Source: Candidatus Margulisiibacteriota bacterium
GTDB lineage: Bacteria; Margulisbacteria; Marinamargulisbacteria; JBFWNS01
Assembly: GCA_050250935.1 (NCBI GenBank)
Contig: JBFWNS010000001.1
Span: 224,001-288,000 of the forward strand
Length of the DNA: 64,000 bases
Direction of reading: 5' to 3'
Of this stretch, positions 55,734 through 64,000 are shown piece by piece. Position 1 is the stretch's first letter; every line of letters begins with the position of its first letter. The notes below the pieces were generated by a model, which saw nothing but the letters and a program-made list of their open reading frames with translations, did no database searches and was not told the DNA's origin. Both the position numbers and the translations under genes were made by a program.

Positions 55734-57761
55734 ATGCAATTTGAAACATTTGATCATGCCAATCGCGAGCGTTGGCATCTAACAGAAATCGCCGCGGACA
55801 AAATTCGTTCTTTCTCGGAAAAATTCAACATCCACCCGATCCTGGCCAGACTGATTATCGCCAGACAAATCGGCGTGACCAATGGTCAGCTGGATGAATC
55901 CCAAATTCAACGGTTCATTTACCCCGAAAGGTCTTTGATCACCGAAACCGTCGGTGTTACATCCAACGAAGACCTTCAAAAAGCCCTGACGCGTATTGCC
56001 CAGGCCCTTCAAAACAACGAGCCCATCATGGTCAATGGCGACCCCGATGCAGACGGCATTACCGGGACCACCATTCTGACCGCTTCTTTGCGGGAATTTG
56101 GCGCCACCGTTCACTACGATTTCCCTACCCGAGCCAAAGAAGGCCACGGGCTGCAACCCCGCATTATCGAAGCCACCAAGGCTTTGGGGTCTAAACTCAT
56201 CATCACCACGGACTGTGGTTCCAAAGACGTGGAAGCGGTGAATTATGCCAACACCTTGGGCATCGATATCATCATTTGCGACCACCATATTTTGGGTAAG
56301 GTTCAACCCGCTGCCCATGCTTTTGTAAACCCCTATCGCTATGATGGCCCTTCTGGCTGCAAGCGTTTGGCTGGCGCCGGGGTGTCTTACAAATTGGTGT
56401 TGGCCTTGTCCAAACATTTGAACCACAAACTGCCCGATGAACTGAATGATTTTCTGTTGGCCATCGCCGCTTTGGGCACCATTTCCGACCGCATGTCCTT
56501 TTTAGAGCCCATGAACCGCATCATGATCAAAGCCGGGATTGATGCCTTAAACAAAACCAAAATGGAAGGGTTAAAAGCCCTGAAAGCTGTTAGTATTCCC
56601 CGAGGCCAAGACCTGCGCGCCAACGACATTAGCCGCACCATCGTGCCCCGTCTGAACGCCCCTGGTCGTATTGGGGACCGCGAAGAAGGCATCCCCGATT
56701 CCCGCATTGTGGTGGATTTGTTGTTGATCGGATTTGGCAAGAAAAACGCCGCCAAGGCCCATGCTTTGGTTGAACAATTCAATCAAGTGGTTGAACTGGA
56801 ACAACAACAAAAAAACAACACCCCAGCCCTTAACGATGCGCAAACCGTTGACGACATCAACGAAAAACGCAAGTACATGACCAGCAAAATCGAAGACGAA
56901 ATCGATAAAATGATCCAAGAACAGGTGAATCCCAACACCGACCGCATCATTATTGTGAAAGGTCGCAACTGGAATCCTGGGGTTATTGGTATCGACACCG
57001 ACCGCTTGAAAGACCGATTCCTTCGACCCGCCATGATTTTGACCGAATACACCGGCAGCGACTACATTCGCGGGTCTGTTCGAAGCATTCCTGGCATTAA
57101 CATGTATCGCATTATCGACCTGGTGGGCGAGCAATTTGAAAAACAATTTGGCAAACAATTGTTCTTGTCCGAAGTAAAAAGCGACAGCGGAAAACGTTTG
57201 GTCAACGCCTTTGGTGGCCATTCCCAAGCCTGTGGCTTTACCTTCCACAAAGACCATCTCGACGCTTTTGTGGGATTGGTTCGCGAGGAAATGAAAACCG
57301 TTCCCATCGATAAATTCAACTATTCTTACGAGGTTTTGGACACCATCGATTTTGATGAAATCAACATGGGTTTGATCCACATTTTGGATGGCTTAACCCC
57401 TTATGGCCAAGATTTCGAATACCCCATTTTCTATCTTAAAAATTGTTTGTTGACCAAAGCCCGTCCGTTTGGGAACAAGTACCAAGAATCCAGAACCCCA
57501 CACGTGGATTTCTGGGTGGTCGAGAAAAAACCCAAGCGTAACCGTCCGCCGATGCGGGTAAATGCGGTTGGATTTGGGTTGTGGGAAAAATTTAACGCCC
57601 TCAAAACCAACGACACCAACGCCAGCTACAACATTATTTTTACAGTGGAATATTCCCGCAGAACCAACCGCCGCCAAAAAGACCGGCTGCGTTTGAACGT
57701 GCTGGACATCCGCAAAAGTGGTTCCAACGACGACCATATCGTACCTGTAACCTTCTCCTAG
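55734..57761 (+). CDS. recJ: RecJ-like DHH-family ssDNA exonuclease
   Basis: [49 protein letters not shown]. Confidence 0.85.
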   Translation: MQFETFDHANRERWHLTEIAADKIRSFSEKFNIHPILARLIIARQIGVTNGQLDESQIQRFIYPERSLITETVGVTSNEDLQKALTRIAQALQNNEPIMVNGDPDADGITGTTILTASLREFGATVHYDFPTRAKEGHGLQPRIIEATKALGSKLIITTDCGSKDVEAVNYANTLGIDIIICDHHILGKVQPAAHAFVNPYRYDGPSGCKRLAGAGVSYKLVLALSKHLNHKLPDELNDFLLAIAALGTISDRMSFLEPMNRIMIKAGIDALNKTKMEGLKALKAVSIPRGQDLRANDISRTIVPRLNAPGRIGDREEGIPDSRIVVDLLLIGFGKKNAAKAHALVEQFNQVVELEQQQKNNTPALNDAQTVDDINEKRKYMTSKIEDEIDKMIQEQVNPNTDRIIIVKGRNWNPGVIGIDTDRLKDRFLRPAMILTEYTGSDYIRGSVRSIPGINMYRIIDLVGEQFEKQFGKQLFLSEVKSDSGKRLVNAFGGHSQACGFTFHKDHLDAFVGLVREEMKTVPIDKFNYSYEVLDTIDFDEINMGLIHILDGLTPYGQDFEYPIFYLKNCLLTKARPFGNKYQESRTPHVDFWVVEKKPKRNRPPMRVNAVGFGLWEKFNALKTNDTNASYNIIFTVEYSRRTNRRQKDRLRLNVLDIRKSGSNDDHIVPVTFS

Positions 57762-57768
57762 GGATCTC

Positions 57769-60003
57769 ATGGCCAGAAAGCCAGTTGTTGAAACCCAGTC
57801 CCGCAATGGCATAAAAGCATTGGCCCTCATTTTGGGGGCCGTTTTTATTTTTTTGCACACCCAATTTCCGGCCTCGACTGGCCTTCTAGGACATTGGATT
57901 TTTGACATTGTTGGGTCCCATATTTTGGGTCAGGGTTTGCTGTATTTGCCTATTTTTTTGGTGTTTCAAGCCACGGCTTATTTGTTTGGCAAACACCATC
58001 CCCGATTGGCCTGGTTTGGCAATGGGTTGGGGCTATTGGGTCTGCTTTTGCTGCTGGAACAAGGGGTGAATGGGGTTCCAACCCAACTGGGGTGGCCTAC
58101 GTCTTTAGAGGGTGGTGGCGTGATTGGTTTGGCCACCCTCTGGGCGTCTTATCGGCTCATTGGTAAATCCGGGAGTTTGTTGGTGATGGGTGGAGCACTG
58201 GTGGGTGGGGCTGGTTTGATTTATCGGTTTTGTCTGAAACCGGCCCTGAGCTGGTGGATGGGATTATTGCCCCACGACGAAGCCCTGAAACCCCGCTCGA
58301 ATGCCTGGCTTCAAAAACTGATTCATACGTTGTTTTATACCCAAGAAAAGCCCAAACCCGCAGTGACCAGGCCCCTGTCGGACAAAACCTTACCCTTTAT
58401 TTCCGAAACCAAAGCCAGTGTTCCCCTTCCCCTCCCAGTCGAAAACGACGAGGAAGAAGACGAAGAACCGGCTCCGATTCCGGTTTCAAAACCCCCAAAA
58501 CCCGAACTCAAGCCCATGCCGAGGCCCGAGTTTCATTCGGATGGGCCCTATGAATTTCCGCCTTTAGACCTGTTGGAAGAAGCGGTTCATGGGTCCCCTC
58601 AAACCAAATTAAAGGCCAGCAAACAACAAGAACGGGCCAAAATTTTAGAAGACGCATTGGAAAGTTTTAATGTTCAAGCCAAGGTTGTGAACATTACACC
58701 CGGACCTTCGGTGACCCGATATGAACTTCAACCTGGGGCTGGGGTTAAAATCAGTAAGATCACGTCCCTGTCCAAAGACATTGCCCTGAAGCTGGCTGTA
58801 ACCGATGTCCGCATCGAAGCCCCCATTCCTGGCAAGGCGCTGATTGGTATCGAAGTGCCCAACCCCACCGTCGACACCGTAACGCTGCGCACCATTATCG
58901 ACAAAACCGACTTTATGTCCCGATCCAGCAAACTGATTGCCGCCATGGGTCTGACCATTACCGGGGAATCGATTTTGATGGATCTGGCCAAGATGCCTCA
59001 CATTCTGATTGCCGGTGCCACAGGGTCTGGGAAAAGTGTCTGTGTGAATACGATTATCTTGTCAATTTTATTGCGGGCCACACCCGACGAGGTTCGGTTT
59101 TTAATGATCGACCCCAAAAAAGTAGAGCTGAGTTTTTACAACGGCATTCCCCATCTGTTGGCCCCCGTGGTAACAGACCCCCACAAAGCTGCCGCCACTT
59201 TAAAACAATGGGCCTTGTTGGAAATGGAACGGCGCTATGAAGATTTTTCTCGGTTGGGCGTTAAAAACATCGAAGGCTATAACGAAAAAATGACCGGCTA
59301 CAAAAAAGAAGGCCTGCAAAACATTCCGGGCACCGATGCCCCAGCCAAACCCATTCCCTATATTGTGGTGATTATCGACGAGTTGGCCGATTTGATGATG
59401 GTGGCCTCCCAAGAAGTGGAAACCACGATTTGCCGCTTGGCCCAAATGTCTCGGGCCACGGGGATTCATTTGGTGATTGCCACCCAAAGGCCCAGCGTTA
59501 ACGTCATCACTGGGCTGATCAAAGCCAACGTGCCCTCTCGCATTTCGTTTTTCTTACAATCTCAGATCGATTCCAGAACCATTTTGGACATGCCTGGCGC
59601 CGAAAAATTGTTGGGGAAAGGCGATATGTTGTATTCCCCAGTAGGAGCCTTTAAACCCCAACGGGTGCAGGGCATTTATGTGAGCGAAAAAGAAATTAAG
59701 CGGGTGGTGGACTTTTTAAAACTCCAGGGCCAACCCGACTACATCACCGAAATTATCGATGTTCAGCCCCTGGTCGAAGAAACCAAATCTGGAAACAGCA
59801 GCGGGTCTTCCGACCAAGACGAACTGTTTGAAGAGGCGAAAAACATTGTCATGAGCACCCAATATGCCTCGACGTCTTACCTGCAACGCAAACTTCGCAT
59901 CGGCTATAACCGGGCCGCGCGTCTGATGGACGAACTTGAAAAACAAGGCATTGTGCCTCAATCCACCGGCGAACGCCGGGGTCGGGGATTGGGTGGGGAA
60001 TAG
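57769..60003 (+). CDS. ftsK: DNA translocase FtsK/SpoIIIE
   Basis: [33 protein letters not shown], gamma domain [14 protein letters not shown]. Confidence 0.96.
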   Translation: MARKPVVETQSRNGIKALALILGAVFIFLHTQFPASTGLLGHWIFDIVGSHILGQGLLYLPIFLVFQATAYLFGKHHPRLAWFGNGLGLLGLLLLLEQGVNGVPTQLGWPTSLEGGGVIGLATLWASYRLIGKSGSLLVMGGALVGGAGLIYRFCLKPALSWWMGLLPHDEALKPRSNAWLQKLIHTLFYTQEKPKPAVTRPLSDKTLPFISETKASVPLPLPVENDEEEDEEPAPIPVSKPPKPELKPMPRPEFHSDGPYEFPPLDLLEEAVHGSPQTKLKASKQQERAKILEDALESFNVQAKVVNITPGPSVTRYELQPGAGVKISKITSLSKDIALKLAVTDVRIEAPIPGKALIGIEVPNPTVDTVTLRTIIDKTDFMSRSSKLIAAMGLTITGESILMDLAKMPHILIAGATGSGKSVCVNTIILSILLRATPDEVRFLMIDPKKVELSFYNGIPHLLAPVVTDPHKAAATLKQWALLEMERRYEDFSRLGVKNIEGYNEKMTGYKKEGLQNIPGTDAPAKPIPYIVVIIDELADLMMVASQEVETTICRLAQMSRATGIHLVIATQRPSVNVITGLIKANVPSRISFFLQSQIDSRTILDMPGAEKLLGKGDMLYSPVGAFKPQRVQGIYVSEKEIKRVVDFLKLQGQPDYITEIIDVQPLVEETKSGNSSGSSDQDELFEEAKNIVMSTQYASTSYLQRKLRIGYNRAARLMDELEKQGIVPQSTGERRGRGLGGE

Positions 60004-61153
60004 GTTTCTTGCCCTTCTAAAACAGAACAGCCTGGCCGCTTATGGTTTTTTTACGGCCTTGGTTTTTGGGGTTTATGGCGCCTTTTTAGGGGGCGGCTAT
60101 TTTTTGGATGACGACATTTTGATTCATCACACCCTTCAAGATGCCCTGTTTTCGCCCTTGGGGAATTACCATTTTCGACCGTTGTGGGGGTTATCGATTT
60201 ATCTGACCAACCTGGTCGTCCACAATCCGGTCTTGGATCGGTTTTGGAACTATCTGTTGTTGGGCGGCTTTTTACTGCTGGTGTTTCGCTTTTGGGATCG
60301 GGTCTTGGCCAACACCCAAACGGCCTTGATGGGCACCCTATTCATCTTAATTTTACCCACCATCCCCTATCATGCCGTGTGGATAAGTGGGCGCCAAGAT
60401 TTGTTGATGGGCATCTTTTTTTTAGCCGCTTTCCACTATTTTGAACTGAAACGACCCGGCCCCGGTGTGGTCTATTTGATGCTGGCCCTGTTGTCGAAAG
60501 TGACGGTGCTTTTAAGCCCGCTGTATTTTATTGGAAGCTTGTTTCGGCAAGGACAACGTCGGCTGGCTTGGGTTTTGTCGGGTGGTTTTTTGGGGGTTGC
60601 TGGGCTGTCTTTGCTGAAACTGGGACAGCATCATGTCGCCCAAACCCACTTGCTGCACTTGCCGTTGATGTTGCGGCTGGCCAACATGGCGGCCCACGTC
60701 GGGGAGTTTTGTTTGACGCTGATTTTTCCCATCCCCTTCTTTTCCTCGGTGTGGCATGGGGCTCTGTATGTCCTGGGACTGTGCTTGATCCTGGGCTCGG
60801 TTCGGCTGGATTGGTCCAAAGGCAGACCCGATTTTTTGATTTTATTTATTTTAATCTCGGCCACCACCGTGGTAACCCCAGAACTGCGGATTGCAACCTT
60901 GAATATCTTGTTTTTACTGGCCTATGTGCTGACTTGCCCCCGAACCATTCGACATCCGCGGGTTTTAAAGGTTGGGCTTGGCTTGGTCTTTGCAGCCTTG
61001 CTAATTGCCACCTTAACGGTTTCGAAACTGTTGATCCAAAACACAAACCGAGACCCTTCTAAACCTTATCAAGGGAGCGGGGCCTTGTACGCCAACGGAT
61101 ATTACGGGGAAAAACGCACCCTTTTAATTGGCCTTAAGAACCGATTCTGGTAA
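59993..61153 (+). CDS. Multi-pass membrane glycosyltransferase-like protein (GT-C type)
   Basis: [21 protein letters not shown] and ALLSK motifs with many TM helices; start uncertain. Confidence 0.6.
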   Translation: MGNRFLALLKQNSLAAYGFFTALVFGVYGAFLGGGYFLDDDILIHHTLQDALFSPLGNYHFRPLWGLSIYLTNLVVHNPVLDRFWNYLLLGGFLLLVFRFWDRVLANTQTALMGTLFILILPTIPYHAVWISGRQDLLMGIFFLAAFHYFELKRPGPGVVYLMLALLSKVTVLLSPLYFIGSLFRQGQRRLAWVLSGGFLGVAGLSLLKLGQHHVAQTHLLHLPLMLRLANMAAHVGEFCLTLIFPIPFFSSVWHGALYVLGLCLILGSVRLDWSKGRPDFLILFILISATTVVTPELRIATLNILFLLAYVLTCPRTIRHPRVLKVGLGLVFAALLIATLTVSKLLIQNTNRDPSKPYQGSGALYANGYYGEKRTLLIGLKNRFW

Positions 61154-61155
61154 CC

Positions 61156-63978
61156 CTATTTTAAAACGGTCTTCAAAAACTGACCGGTATGAGACGTCTT
61201 ACATTTGGCCACCGTTTCGGGGGTTCCGGTTACCAGTAATTGCCCACCACCAGCCCCGCCTTCTGGGCCTAGATCGATCAGGTGGTCCGCGGTTTTAATC
61301 ACATCCAAGTTGTGTTCAATCACAATCACGGTATTGCCGGCATCCACCAAGCGGTTTAAGACCCCCAGCAACTGGTGAATATCGGCGAAATGCAATCCCG
61401 TTGTGGGTTCATCCAACAAATAGAGGGTTTTGCCGGTGCTGCGTTTGGACAATTCTTTGGACAGTTTAATGCGTTGGGCTTCGCCGCCCGACAACGTCGT
61501 GGCATTTTGGCCAATGTGAATATAGCCCAAGCCCACATCCATCAAGGTGTTCAGTTTCGAGACGATAGGGGGAATATTGGCAAACACCTCGAGGCCTTCG
61601 GCGACCGTCATGTTCAGAACATCGGCAATGGTGTAGCCCTTGTAGGTGACTTCCAGGGTCTGGTCGTTATAGCGCTTGCCTTTGCAAACATCGCAGGTGA
61701 CGTAGACATCGGATAGAAAATGCATTTCGATTTTGACGACACCGTCCCCTTCGCAGGCTTCGCAACGGCCGCCTTTGACATTAAAACTGAACCGCCCCGG
61801 TTGATAGCCCCGAATTTTGGCTTCCCGGGTTTGGGCATACAGGTCTCGAATCGGCCCAAAAACCCCCGTATAGGTGGCCGGATTCGACCGTGGGGTCCGC
61901 CCAATCGGCGACTGATCGATGGTGATGAGTTTGTCGATGTGCTCCAACCCATCAATGCGGGTATGGGCCCCAGGACGCTCTTTGCTTTTGAAAAAGTGGC
62001 GCATCAAGGCTTTGTGTAAAATATCGTTAATCAAGGTGCTTTTGCCCGATCCGGACACCCCTGTTACACCAATGAATTGTCCCAAGGGAAAAGAAACGGT
62101 TAGATTTTTAAGGTTATTTTCTGTGGCTCCCACAATGGTGATGGCCTGGTCTTTTTTGGGGGATCTTCGTTTTTTGGGCACTTCGATCTGTTGTTTGCCA
62201 CTTAAATAGGCTGCGGTTTGTGAGGTCGGGTGTTTGAGCAGTTTATCGAAAGGTCCTGCAAACAACACAGTGCCCCCCAATTTTCCAGCGCCTGGGCCAA
62301 TGTCGACCACGAAATCGGCTTTTCGAATCATATCTTCGTCGTGTTCAACCACAATCAGGGTATTGCCCAGGTCTCGGAGGGTCACCAAGGTTTCGATGAG
62401 ACGCTGGTTGTCGCGTTGGTGAAGGCCAATGCTGGGTTCGTCCAACACATACAAAACCCCGGTTAAACCAGACCCAATTTGAGTGGCCAACCGAATGCGC
62501 TGAAACTCGCCGCCCGACAAGGTTCCAGACCGGCGTTCGAGGTTTAAATAGCCCAATCCCACATGGTCCAAAAACTGAAGGCGTTCGACAATTTCTTTGC
62601 GCACCTGTTTGATGATGTCTTGCTCTTTTTGGGTGAAGGCCAAGGCATCAAAAAAAGCCAGTAAATCGGACACGCTTTTCCGGGTCAACTGGTGAATAGA
62701 CTCGTCCCCAATTTTAACGGCCAGGGCCAGGGGTTTGAGTCGGGCACCCTTGCAGGTGGTACAAGATTTGGCGGACATGTAATTTTGAAAAAAGAAACGC
62801 ATGCCTTCCGATTGGGTTTGAATATAGCGACGACGCAGGTTGTTGAGAATGCCTTCCCAATAGGGCAGCGCTTCGTAGGTGTCGGTGACAATGCGGCCCC
62901 GAACATAGGGGTTTTCGGGCATGGCTTTTTCTTGTCCATACAAAACCCAATTGCGTTGGGCTTCCGTTAAGGTGTTAAAGGGGGTGGAAATCGAAAACCC
63001 TTGCTGTTTGGCCACGGTTGCCAATCGGTTGCCATAGATGGTTCCGTTGAGGTTCATGATCTTGGCTGTACAGGTTTTAAGGGAAGCTGTTGGGGTTTCG
63101 ATGACCAAATCGGGGTCAAAATCGAGGGTGTCTCCCAAGCCATTGCAGGTTGGGCAAGCCCCGATGGGGGTGTTAAAGGAAAACAGGCGTGGCGAGATTT
63201 CCGAAAACCCCAGATTGCAGTGCGGGCAGGCCATGGTTTCGGAAAACAAGTGATCCTCGGCTGTGCTGGGCTTGTGGATCACCACCTGACCTTTGGATTG
63301 TTTGGCCGCCGCTTCGATGGATTCAAAGACCCTGGCCCGGTTGTCTTCGGATGTTTCCAGTCGGTCCACCACAATATCGATGCGGTGTTTTTTCTTTTTA
63401 TCGAGGGTGATGTCTTGGTCTACCCGCAGGATTTCGCCGTTTACCCGAACCCGGCTGAATCCCTCTTTTTTGATTTGTTCAAACAGGTCTTTGTACTCGC
63501 CTTTTTTGTCGCTGACCACCGGGGACAACACCATGATGTCTTGAACCCCCCAGGCCATTACCGCATCGGCCATTTCTTGGATGCTTTGGTGTTGAATGGG
63601 TCGGTCGCAGGTGGGGCAATGGGGTTTGCCAACGCTGGCAAACAACAGCCGTAAATAGTCGTAGATTTCGGTGATGGTCCCCACGGTGGATCTGGGGTTG
63701 TGGGAAGACGATTTTTGGTCGATGGAAATGGCAGGAGACAGCCCTTCGATGCGGTCGACATCGGGCTTGTCCATTTGGTCCAAAAACTGCCGGGCATAGG
63801 CTGACAACGATTCCATATACCGGCGCTGCCCTTCGGCATAGATGGTGTCAAAAGCCAAAGAGGATTTTCCAGACCCAGACAGTCCGGTAAACACCACCAA
63901 TTTGTTTCTGGGCAGAGCCACCGACACATTTTTCAGGTTATGAACGCGGGCGCCATCGATTTTAATTTGATTTAACAG
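61156..63978 (-). CDS. uvrA: Excinuclease ABC subunit A
   Basis: GARVHNLKN, GLSGSGKSSLAFDT, LSGGE twice, Zn-finger cysteines; the frame extends upstream of the ORF-track start, so the start is uncertain. Confidence 0.97.
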   Translation of the reverse strand: MLNQIKIDGARVHNLKNVSVALPRNKLVVFTGLSGSGKSSLAFDTIYAEGQRRYMESLSAYARQFLDQMDKPDVDRIEGLSPAISIDQKSSSHNPRSTVGTITEIYDYLRLLFASVGKPHCPTCDRPIQHQSIQEMADAVMAWGVQDIMVLSPVVSDKKGEYKDLFEQIKKEGFSRVRVNGEILRVDQDITLDKKKKHRIDIVVDRLETSEDNRARVFESIEAAAKQSKGQVVIHKPSTAEDHLFSETMACPHCNLGFSEISPRLFSFNTPIGACPTCNGLGDTLDFDPDLVIETPTASLKTCTAKIMNLNGTIYGNRLATVAKQQGFSISTPFNTLTEAQRNWVLYGQEKAMPENPYVRGRIVTDTYEALPYWEGILNNLRRRYIQTQSEGMRFFFQNYMSAKSCTTCKGARLKPLALAVKIGDESIHQLTRKSVSDLLAFFDALAFTQKEQDIIKQVRKEIVERLQFLDHVGLGYLNLERRSGTLSGGEFQRIRLATQIGSGLTGVLYVLDEPSIGLHQRDNQRLIETLVTLRDLGNTLIVVEHDEDMIRKADFVVDIGPGAGKLGGTVLFAGPFDKLLKHPTSQTAAYLSGKQQIEVPKKRRSPKKDQAITIVGATENNLKNLTVSFPLGQFIGVTGVSGSGKSTLINDILHKALMRHFFKSKERPGAHTRIDGLEHIDKLITIDQSPIGRTPRSNPATYTGVFGPIRDLYAQTREAKIRGYQPGRFSFNVKGGRCEACEGDGVVKIEMHFLSDVYVTCDVCKGKRYNDQTLEVTYKGYTIADVLNMTVAEGLEVFANIPPIVSKLNTLMDVGLGYIHIGQNATTLSGGEAQRIKLSKELSKRSTGKTLYLLDEPTTGLHFADIHQLLGVLNRLVDAGNTVIVIEHNLDVIKTADHLIDLGPEGGAGGGQLLVTGTPETVAKCKTSHTGQFLKTVLK

Positions 63979-64000
63979 GGGTCTTCCTCCACCACTTCTT

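Overview
Core-genome window of a diderm bacterium, inferred to be a non-photosynthetic relative of Cyanobacteria such as Ca. Margulisbacteria (short RpoB; unsplit RpoC with cyanobacterial-like motifs). 1-19.5 kb (minus strand) is one contiguous rpmG-tRNA(Trp)-secE-nusG-rplKAJL-rpoBC-rpsLG-fusA-tuf-S10 cluster. It is followed by a tubulin-tyrosine-ligase-like ATP-grasp gene, a short murC-murB-ddl-ftsQ-ftsA operon without ftsZ, lepB, gap-pgk, lspA and an RluD-family gene, aspartate kinase, an MscS channel, a MoxR/DUF58/BatA-E operon ending in a beta-barrel gene, a beta-propeller protein, comEA, ctaA, dnaE, topB, an AAA+/DUF4143-type ATPase, thrC, recJ, ftsK, a membrane glycosyltransferase-like gene and uvrA. 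No transposase, prophage or CRISPR array was seen. The most notable unexplained signals are: (1) a ~190-nt multi-hairpin, pseudoknot-capable candidate RNA with its own promoter upstream of comEA; (2) a tandem pair of palindromes in front of the AAA+ ATPase gene; (3) a recurrent -10 box 6-9 nt before start codons, suggesting widespread leaderless mRNAs; (4) the TTL-like ligase. All calls come from reading the sequence; no database search or folding program was run.
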